This document shows, piece after piece, positions 14,244 through 22,032 of a DNA stretch of 22,523 nt (its first letter is position 1; each line of letters begins with the position of its first letter). A model generated the notes under the pieces. That model was not told the DNA's origin. It saw nothing but the letters and a program-made list of their open reading frames with translations, and ran no database searches. A program made the translations under genes and the position numbers. This DNA is from Promethearchaeota archaeon (lineage in GTDB: Archaea; Asgardarchaeota; Lokiarchaeia; Sigyniarchaeales; SOKP01): contig JAEOTS010000052.1 of NCBI GenBank assembly GCA_016839745.1, positions 1-22,523 on the forward strand. Direction: 5' to 3'.

Positions 14244-15689
14244 ATGATTAATTGTCCATTCTGTAAGGAGCCAATCGAAAGTTATTGGACCTATTGCCGT
14301 AATTGTAATAAACCTTTAATTACAAATATTGACGAGGAACTTAATAAAAAGCTATTTTCTCCTTATGATGGTGGCCCATACCGTTCAAACGATTTCGAAG
14401 AAGAAGAAGATTACTACGATATCAATGTTATTGATGATGATTCTATCGAACTTGAGCTTACTCAACTGGAAGATCAACTTACCGAGAGCGAAAAATTAGG
14501 AAAAAATATGGGTAATCTTCTTTTGAGGAAAGCAAGTTTGTTTTATAAAAAGAGAGATTTTCCAAATGCTTTAAAAAATTTAGAAGTTGCTTTGGAAAAC
14601 TTTCTTGATGAAAAAGATTTCTTAAATGTGATTATATGTCACAACGAATTAGGTTTGATTCACGAGGAAACTGGATTCTTTGATCAAGCTATCTACCATT
14701 TTGATAGAGCTCTTAGCGCCTTAGAAGAAATTAACGATAATATAAAGAAAGTCCAAGTTTTGAATAACTTGGGTAATGTGTATTATTTAATTAATGATTT
14801 AGAAAACTCTTACAAATATTATCAGGATGCATTAAACCTAGCTGAAAAGGAAAATTTGGAAGTAGACGCTATAAAAACTTCTAGTAATTTAGTCGAAGTT
14901 TTGCTTTCTTTAAAAGACTTTGATCGTATTAAGAAAATATTGAAAAGAAACTTGGAATTTTTTACGAAAATTAACGATATTTATGGAGTTATCCAAACAC
15001 GCATCAAGTATGGCAAATTGTATTATTATCTTGGAGAAGACTATTACGATCAGTCTTATAATTGCTTAACAAGTGTAGTAGAGCTAATTGATACAATTAA
15101 AGACCAAATTTCTCTTTTTACAAAGAAAAAGTTGGAATGGGAGTGTTTTCTTTACTTAGGGCATTTATATTCTCTATGGGATAATGATTTAGAGGCAGAA
15201 GATTACTTTTTGAAAAGTTTAGAGGCAGTGAGAACATTTGAAGTTCAAGAAAACATTAAAGAAGGAATAGTCTTAGAAGCGATCGCTGAATTTTATTCAT
15301 TAAAAGGAGAGGATGGTAAGGCTATCGATTACTATAGTTATTCAAAAGATATTTATCAAAAATTTGGGGACAAGTTAAAGATAGGTGAAATGAAATATCA
15401 TGTAGCAACTATTTTCCAAAATTATATCCAAGATGAGCCAAAAGCAATAGTATATTATGAAGAAGCTTTAGAAATCTTTGAAAATTTAAACAACCCAAAG
15501 ATGGCTGCAGAAATTCTAAATAAATTAGGAGATATTTATGTTTCTAAGCAAATGTTTGAGCAAGCTTTAGGTAATTTTGAAAGAGCAAAAGATTTTTATG
15601 CTGAAATAGAAGACGAACACAATAAGAACATCGTTACAGAAAAAATTAACTCTTTGAAAGACAATGATTTTGATGTATCTAGTCTTTAG
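14244..15689 (+). CDS. TPR protein with N-terminal zinc ribbon and acidic linker
   Basis: CPFC..CRNC, then DFEEEEDYYD..DDD, then TPRs (NELGLIHEETGFFDQAIYHFDRAL, NNLGNVYY, NKLGDIY). Confidence 0.9.
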   Translation: MINCPFCKEPIESYWTYCRNCNKPLITNIDEELNKKLFSPYDGGPYRSNDFEEEEDYYDINVIDDDSIELELTQLEDQLTESEKLGKNMGNLLLRKASLFYKKRDFPNALKNLEVALENFLDEKDFLNVIICHNELGLIHEETGFFDQAIYHFDRALSALEEINDNIKKVQVLNNLGNVYYLINDLENSYKYYQDALNLAEKENLEVDAIKTSSNLVEVLLSLKDFDRIKKILKRNLEFFTKINDIYGVIQTRIKYGKLYYYLGEDYYDQSYNCLTSVVELIDTIKDQISLFTKKKLEWECFLYLGHLYSLWDNDLEAEDYFLKSLEAVRTFEVQENIKEGIVLEAIAEFYSLKGEDGKAIDYYSYSKDIYQKFGDKLKIGEMKYHVATIFQNYIQDEPKAIVYYEEALEIFENLNNPKMAAEILNKLGDIYVSKQMFEQALGNFERAKDFYAEIEDEHNKNIVTEKINSLKDNDFDVSSL

Positions 15690-16830
15690 TTTTCCCGCCT
15701 ATTTTATCCATTATCCAATCTAATGAAAGGATTGATTTTCCATTTTTCTGCCATAGAAAAAATAACGCTCCTAAAATGGTGATATAGAGTATTATGAATG
15801 GAAAAAACAGAAGTAATATTACTTTTTGATATAAAATCAAAATGAATAAAAATTGAACGAAAAATATGGTTATTGAATGTCTTCCGTAGATATTTAAAAT
15901 ACGACAAAGTTTGCTATTCTTATGTAATACATCTGAATAATAATAAAAAATTGCAAAAATAAGCAATGCTAATCCCATTAATAAAAATAGATTAGAAGGG
16001 GTGCCCTTTAATAAAAATAATGGCAATCCGGGGATATATAATATAGTATGAGTTATTAATAAGGGAACTGCTTCTAGAAAGGGATACTTAGAGGGATTAA
16101 AATTATCTGCTCCTACTACTAGACCGATATTTATAAATGGAAGTAATAGCCCACATATTAATAAAACTAGACTATATTTTATAATGGAATGAGTTGAGTG
16201 CAAATTTGCCCTGTTTGAATTTAAAACGATTGATTCGAATATGAATTCACCGAAAACAGCAGAAAAAAAAGAAATTGAAGCAAAGGGTAGCAGTGAATAA
16301 TTAGGAAAGGGAGATACAATCAAAAAATGTATTACTTCCATAATTAAATTTGTATCTTTTTCGATAAATAGTAATTCTCGAAATCCAGGTGTTAGAAAAA
16401 TTATGCTTAAACCGATTACAAGTCTTGCCCATCTTACCAATTTATATGCCAAATAACACATAATTTGAGAGAATCCTAAAAAGACAAGGATGTTCCAACC
16501 CCATAAATTTATGGGAAATGATAAATTCGGATTTAATATTATGTTATATAAACTTCCTATTAAAATTAGAAAAAGAGCCTGTTTTAAGATTTTATTTCGA
16601 TATATTTTTTCAGGATAGGTTCCCATTTTTTTATTTAGTGTGAAGGAAATTGAGAGAGATCCTACAAAAATATATAAAGATGGACCTATCACTGACAAAA
16701 TGGTAATAATAAAACCGTAAATATATTTTAACTCGTCTCCAAAAACTAACCAATAATTTATAGAATTTGAAAAAAGAATTATCAATATTGAGAATCCTTT
16801 TACGATTTCAATACTTTTAAGCTTTACCGT
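15679..16830 (-). CDS. Multi-pass membrane protein, HGSNAT/DUF1624 (transmembrane acyltransferase)-like, degenerate; start uncertain (ACG at 16830 or TTG at 16785)
   Basis: The frame continues upstream of the TTG as (T)VKLKSIEIVKGFSIL, resembling the R..SID..RG family start. Other matches are GPSLYIFVGSLS, WGWNILVFLG, LLPFASISFFSAVFG and YGRHSITIF. Confidence 0.72.
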   Translation of the reverse strand, partial: TVKLKSIEIVKGFSILIILFSNSINYWLVFGDELKYIYGFIITILSVIGPSLYIFVGSLSISFTLNKKMGTYPEKIYRNKILKQALFLILIGSLYNIILNPNLSFPINLWGWNILVFLGFSQIMCYLAYKLVRWARLVIGLSIIFLTPGFRELLFIEKDTNLIMEVIHFLIVSPFPNYSLLPFASISFFSAVFGEFIFESIVLNSNRANLHSTHSIIKYSLVLLICGLLLPFINIGLVVGADNFNPSKYPFLEAVPLLITHTILYIPGLPLFLLKGTPSNLFLLMGLALLIFAIFYYYSDVLHKNSKLCRILNIYGRHSITIFFVQFLFILILYQKVILLLFFPFIILYITILGALFFLWQKNGKSILSLDWIMDKIGGKTKD

Positions 16831-16855
16831 TAAATTTCCACCTTTACTTTAATCA

Positions 16856-17506
16856 TTAAATTTCCGAATTTGTATAGAAATCTTCACTTTTATATGTTTT
16901 TCTAGCAAATTCTACGAATCCAATGGATTTAATGAAATTATAAGAAACGACATTGTTTTTATATACTTCGCACCTCAGTTCTTTTACACCTTTTTGTTTA
17001 AAGTGATTCCAAGCCGCCAATCCTATTACCGTTCCAAGCCCCTTCCTTTGAAAACGTGGTATTACCCCAAGTCCAGCAATTATTCCATATTCTTTGTTTG
17101 GTCCTTCATAATCAAGTATTACAAAAGCAGCATCAGATCCGTATGCTTTCGCAATTAAAAATAAGGTGTTTGGATATTCATAAATAATTTTTAAAGTTTC
17201 TAACTTTATAGGCCTAAATGGTGTGCTTGAAACAAGCCAACTTCTATTATATAAATACATAACACTATCTAGATCTTCCAACTTAGCTTCCCTTATTTTG
17301 GCTTGAAGGATATTATGTTCTACTTTATTCTTAAGTTCTTCCTCAACTTCAGGTGTAATTTTAGAAACTGGAAGTTTCATTTGAATGTACTCCAATCCTG
17401 TTGTGAGTATTTCGTTCTCTATCTCTTTTTCCGTTATATTTTTCTTTTCAAATGCTAGAAAAAAGCTACGAATTTGGGTTTTTTTTAAATTCAATTTTTT
17501 CTTCAT
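16856..17506 (-). CDS. GNAT family N-acetyltransferase
   Basis: IREAKLEDL, LGVIPRFQRKGLG (acetyl-CoA binding motif A), CEVYKNN..SYNF..SIGF. Confidence 0.9.
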   Translation of the reverse strand: MKKKLNLKKTQIRSFFLAFEKKNITEKEIENEILTTGLEYIQMKLPVSKITPEVEEELKNKVEHNILQAKIREAKLEDLDSVMYLYNRSWLVSSTPFRPIKLETLKIIYEYPNTLFLIAKAYGSDAAFVILDYEGPNKEYGIIAGLGVIPRFQRKGLGTVIGLAAWNHFKQKGVKELRCEVYKNNVVSYNFIKSIGFVEFARKTYKSEDFYTNSEI

Positions 17507-17601
17507 AATTTAAACCTAACAAACCACAAAAATTCTAATTTACTAAATATATAAAGAGTTAGGCAGAAATAAATATTATATATAATTTTAGAGAAGAAAA
17601 T

Positions 17602-19239
17602 TTAATGATTTAGTATAGAATCTAATTTACTTTTAATTTCTTTTTCCATGTCACCGTTTATTATAGCACTTTTTCTTAAAATTGAAATCCCTTGTTGAAT
17701 TTTCTTACTTAAACTCAAATCCTCAAGAATATTCCTATTTTCACATGAAAATTCAAAATTCGATCTCAGTGCCATATCTTCTTCAACTCTTTCAGTAACA
17801 GCTTGTTTTAAGTTGAGCATAGCTCCAGATATTTCTTTATATATGTTGTTCGGATCGTTTGTAACAAACCCTGGGAAAACTGAGACCATTTTTTCTTCCA
17901 TCTTTTGCTCGTTTTCAACAAACATAACATATAATGGCATATATATCCATACTATTGGTCGAGAAAATAATTCTGATTGGTTATCAGCTAACGACCAAGA
18001 TACTAATTCCTGGGCTTCTTGCAAGCAATTTCCATTTTTAGTTTGGACAATAACTTTTATCTGGGAATAAAAATCTTCAATCTCATTTTGTAGAGCTCTA
18101 ATTTCTGAGATTTTTACTTGTTTTTCTTCCTCAAAAGCAGATAAATTTTTATCTCTATCTTGAAGTTTCATGTCTAATGAGGATTTAAACTCTTCCAATT
18201 TTTTTTCTTCTTCGGTGTCAATTTCAAAAGCGCGTTCTTTCAATTCCATGTATTTCTGTGTTAAAGATGTAATTGAACTTACAAAATTATTGCCTTCGTT
18301 TATTAAATATTTAAAGTGGTTTTCAAAAGGTTTAGTGAGATCGTTAAAAACCTTACCTTTCAGTATCTCTGTATGTGTAAAGCTTTTATTTTTTTTTATT
18401 ATATCTTCTAACTGTCTTTCTGCTGTTTTAAATAATACAGAAATATTTTCAATTACTCTTCTTTTCTCAGCTACTTTCCATTGGTCAATTTTATCGCTTT
18501 CTAAAGCAATTTTATCTTTAATTTGACCTGAATCAATTAACTGGGATGTTTTCGTAATCTGAGAAGAGAAACGGGAATTAATGTCTTTTAATTGAACATT
18601 AATATCAATTAACCATTTATCTACTTCTTTACTAATCAATTCTATCTGGGTGTTCCACCTTAAAGCATTACCTTTCATATAGTCAATTGAATTCCGATAT
18701 TTATCTGCAATCTCTAAAGCTTGTTCAGTTGTAAAATTCGTTTCTAAAGGCATATAATCCGCAACGGGTTTATATTCAGTAAATGGTAATAATTTTATTA
18801 GAGTTTGAAGAAATTCGGGATTAATTAGGGAAGCTATTTTTAGTTTCTGAAATTCTGATTCTTCGCTCTCTCCTAAAGATTCTGCTTCACTATCTGCATA
18901 ATTCAAAACTTCGGTAATTTTCTTTAATTGTTCAATCTGTGTTCGATTCTCTATGTTTCTTAAAAGATGCCCGATTAAAGGTTGTCGAGGCGGATTAGAA
19001 AGTTTTCCTTTTTTCGAAAAAACATTTAACCCATCTAAGATTATATGGGTGCTAATAACACCTTGAACACAGAGGAATGGCCATAATAATCTAGAAAATG
19101 ATACGATTTTCTCATCGGGTTTTAAATCTTTTGTTAATAAATAAAATGCTAGTGCTAATTCATCAAATTCATTAATTTGAGGTATAGTCTGAGGGGTATT
19201 AAATAGGGGTAAAATATATTGATTTCCATGTATTGACAT
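17602..19239 (-). CDS. Hypothetical protein with long central coiled coil flanked by globular halves
   Basis: 545 aa. Heptad-like E/K/Q/L-rich region at about aa 170-410. No Walker motifs or TM segments. Confidence 0.85.
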   Translation of the reverse strand: MSIHGNQYILPLFNTPQTIPQINEFDELALAFYLLTKDLKPDEKIVSFSRLLWPFLCVQGVISTHIILDGLNVFSKKGKLSNPPRQPLIGHLLRNIENRTQIEQLKKITEVLNYADSEAESLGESEESEFQKLKIASLINPEFLQTLIKLLPFTEYKPVADYMPLETNFTTEQALEIADKYRNSIDYMKGNALRWNTQIELISKEVDKWLIDINVQLKDINSRFSSQITKTSQLIDSGQIKDKIALESDKIDQWKVAEKRRVIENISVLFKTAERQLEDIIKKNKSFTHTEILKGKVFNDLTKPFENHFKYLINEGNNFVSSITSLTQKYMELKERAFEIDTEEEKKLEEFKSSLDMKLQDRDKNLSAFEEEKQVKISEIRALQNEIEDFYSQIKVIVQTKNGNCLQEAQELVSWSLADNQSELFSRPIVWIYMPLYVMFVENEQKMEEKMVSVFPGFVTNDPNNIYKEISGAMLNLKQAVTERVEEDMALRSNFEFSCENRNILEDLSLSKKIQQGISILRKSAIINGDMEKEIKSKLDSILNH

Positions 19240-19362
19240 AAAATGAGCTCTTCTGATTTAAATTTAATTTATAATAGGGTTTAAAATAATCTAATTAATT
19301 AATACTAAAAATTTTATTTAAAATTATTTTTTAGAATAAAGGTTAAAAGAAAAATTAGAAAA

Positions 19363-20217
19363 TTATCTAAGTTGTTCGTAATTATTCGCAATTACGATTA
19401 TGAGTAATGAGAGTAAGATTAATAGAGGGGGTAAAATAGCCTCAACATGAGGAAATCCAAGAGTTTCAAGTATCCCTTGACTTATTCTTCCAGAAAAATA
19501 GATAAAGAATCCTATCGCGTTCAAGGCATAAGATCGTCTTAGGACTCCAAATGTTTTTTTGGCTAAATAAACGAAAAGAATTGGAATGACTAATACCATC
19601 AAAGGTAACAATATAAAGTTAACAACGAATCTACCCGCAGGATATCCAAACCAAGTTATTAATTGAATGGATAAGCCATAACCATCTTTTAAATCCGGAT
19701 CCATAAGAAGTGCATCTGGTAGCGTTAAAACAAGAATACCAATTATAATAGGGATTGCAATTAAACATATTTTAAGTAAAATTCGAACATTTTTATGCTT
19801 TAAAATTTGTTCTAGTTTTGCTTTGAACCCCTCCTTTTCTGAGACATCCTCAGTTTCTGTAAAAGGAGGAAAAATCAGAGTACCAAAAACGCCCATCAAG
19901 CACGCAATTCCCATCCAAGTAGAAAAGGTAGCTAATCGATAAAGAGTCATAAGTAATCCAACTAACTCTAAAGGGCTCATCGTAGTTATTAGTTCTGGAG
20001 CGTAAAAATAGTACACGATGAAAAATCCTCTTCCAGCAGCTAGAAATAAGAACAAAATTGAAAAGTATAACCAAAATAATTTTTTCGAAATCCTAAATCT
20101 CATTAAGAGGAAGTATGCAAATATTAGAAAATAAAAGCCTACTATTGCGTAATAAAGCCCCGACTCAATACCGTCCCAAATGTCAAAAAATTGAAAAGGA
20201 ATATCTTGAAAAATCAT
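19363..20217 (-). CDS. Hypothetical 7-transmembrane protein (stand-alone 7TM sensor-like domain)
   Basis: Seven hydrophobic segments by eye, with a charged loop between TM3 and TM4. No Lys in TM7. Confidence 0.8.
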   Translation of the reverse strand: MIFQDIPFQFFDIWDGIESGLYYAIVGFYFLIFAYFLLMRFRISKKLFWLYFSILFLFLAAGRGFFIVYYFYAPELITTMSPLELVGLLMTLYRLATFSTWMGIACLMGVFGTLIFPPFTETEDVSEKEGFKAKLEQILKHKNVRILLKICLIAIPIIIGILVLTLPDALLMDPDLKDGYGLSIQLITWFGYPAGRFVVNFILLPLMVLVIPILFVYLAKKTFGVLRRSYALNAIGFFIYFSGRISQGILETLGFPHVEAILPPLLILLSLLIIVIANNYEQLR

Positions 20218-20422
20218 AATAGATCATCGATTAATTTTATATACTAGTTAATTTGAATTTAAAACTTAAAATTATAATAATACTATCATATAGGTTATAT
20301 AAAAATTTACTTTATAAAATTTGTATCTCATTACCGAATACAACCTTTAATCTAACTTATAATATTAAAATACAAATATTAACAATAATTCTATTAACTA
20401 TTAATGTAAGGATTTGATAAAA

Positions 20423-21907
20423 ATGAAGATTGAGGATAAGATTGACGCTTTTAATTCATTACTACGACGTCGTGGGTTTATTTGGGGCCCCTCTCCAGAA
20501 ATCTATGGGGGATTAGCGGGATTTTATTCGTATGGTCCAGCGGGAAAGGCTTTGAAAAACAACATATTATCAATATTCAGATGTGAACTAAGAGCGTACG
20601 GATTTAATGAAGTGGAATGTCCAGAAATTTTGCCCAAAATCGTATGGGAAGCATCAGGTCATTTAGAACGATTTATAGATCCTGTTTTTCGTTGTAAAAA
20701 ATGTGAAACGATGGTAAGAGCAGATAAGTTTCTTCAAGAACAGCTTCCAAATAATTCAATTGACGGTTTATCTTTTGAGGATATGGATAAAATATTGAAG
20801 CAACATGGATTTAAATGTCCAAAATGTGATACTCCTTTTGAAAAAATTGAGGAATATAATTTAATGCTGCAAACTTCTGTTGGAAATGGTGTAACTGCTT
20901 ACTTACGTCCAGAAACCGCGACTACAACCTATCTCTTATTTAATCGTTTAAATCAAGACGCGCGTAGGCAATACCCTATAAAAGTATTTCAATATGGAAA
21001 AGCGTTTAGAAATGAGATTTCTCCTAGACAATTAGTTCTTCGAATGAGGGCTTTTGATCAATTCGAAATTCAATTATTTATTGGAAAGGAGCAAGAATTA
21101 AATTTCGAAGAATATGATGAAATTAGTCAAAATCTATTGCCATTATTAGATTGGAAATCTCAAGAAAAAAAAATAATTGTACCTAGTAAAATCTCTCTAA
21201 AAGAAGCAGTAGATACTAAGATTCTTAAAAAACCAGCCTTTGCTTATTGCCTCTTTCTAGGGTATCATCTAACTTCAATATTGGGATTTCCGGAAGAAAA
21301 AATTAGATTAAGACAACATTCCCCTCATGAAATGGCTCACTATGCTGATGATGCTTGGGATTTAGAAATAAATACTGAACAATTTGGATGGGTTGAAATT
21401 TGCGGTATCCACGATAGGACAGACTACGATTTGAAACGACACGAGGAATTTTCAAATCAAAACTTTAAAATTCCGATGGGAACTGATCCAAACTCAAAAG
21501 AAATTCCCCAAATACTTGAAATTGCATTCGGCCCCGATAGAATCATCTATACTCTTCTTGAAACTACTTTTAATGTAGTAGATGAACGAATAGTCTTAAA
21601 TTTAAATCCCCAACTTGCTCCTAACCTTGTTGCTGTATTTCCACTAGTGAAAAATAAAGAAATTATACTAAATCTAGCAAAAAAAGTGCATAAATTATTA
21701 TTAGATCATAGAATAACTTCTTTTTTTGACTCTGCGGGATCAATTGGTAAGAGATATAGAAGACAAGACGAGTTAGGAACGCCTTATTGCATAACAATAG
21801 ATTATGATTCTTTAGATGATGATACGATCACTATTAGATATAGAGATACAATGGAACAAGAGAGAGTATTAATTTCAGAAATTTTAGACTACATTGATAA
21901 CAAATAA
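20423..21907 (+). CDS. glyS: Glycine--tRNA ligase, alpha2 (archaeal/eukaryotic) type
   Basis: RRGF...EIYGG..GFY.YGP.G, VWEASGH..RF.DP, YLRPETA, QYGKAFRNEISPR, GWVEICGIHDRTDYDL, C-terminal SIGKRYRRQDELGTPYCITID anticodon-binding domain. ATG at 20423 preferred over TTG at 20414. Confidence 0.95.
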   Translation: MKIEDKIDAFNSLLRRRGFIWGPSPEIYGGLAGFYSYGPAGKALKNNILSIFRCELRAYGFNEVECPEILPKIVWEASGHLERFIDPVFRCKKCETMVRADKFLQEQLPNNSIDGLSFEDMDKILKQHGFKCPKCDTPFEKIEEYNLMLQTSVGNGVTAYLRPETATTTYLLFNRLNQDARRQYPIKVFQYGKAFRNEISPRQLVLRMRAFDQFEIQLFIGKEQELNFEEYDEISQNLLPLLDWKSQEKKIIVPSKISLKEAVDTKILKKPAFAYCLFLGYHLTSILGFPEEKIRLRQHSPHEMAHYADDAWDLEINTEQFGWVEICGIHDRTDYDLKRHEEFSNQNFKIPMGTDPNSKEIPQILEIAFGPDRIIYTLLETTFNVVDERIVLNLNPQLAPNLVAVFPLVKNKEIILNLAKKVHKLLLDHRITSFFDSAGSIGKRYRRQDELGTPYCITIDYDSLDDDTITIRYRDTMEQERVLISEILDYIDNK

Positions 21908-22032
21908 TAAAAAATAAAGTCAAAATATCCTTGAACACCAGAGGTTTTCAGAAAAAAATTTTAAAGAGAAGAACATTTTTCTAAAAAATACATAAATAAT
22001 AAAAAATAATTTGGATCACTTGTAGATTTATT

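Noticed and set aside
16830-16856. Programmed -1 frameshift joining the mini-ORF MIKVKVEI to the membrane protein
   Set aside because: The AAATTTA heptamer is not in the X_XXY_YYZ phase relative to the mini-ORF frame. It is retained only as a possible indel in the findings.
17602-19239. SMC/Rad50 ATPase or dynamin-like GTPase
   Set aside because: No Walker A/B, signature or G-box motifs are present.
1379-20074. Short alternative-frame or antisense ORFs (1379-1708, 1461-1658, 3047-3229, 4462-4686, 4658-4888, 6872-7057, 9053-9241, 12247-12429, 13212-13502, 15704-15907, 17813-18070, 18170-18526, 19850-20074)
   Set aside because: All lie within or opposite well-supported genes and have no recognisable motifs, so they are treated as shadow ORFs.
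19363-20217. Microbial rhodopsin (schizo-/heliorhodopsin)
   Set aside because: There is no Lys in TM7 and no DxxxK/SxxxK-type motif.
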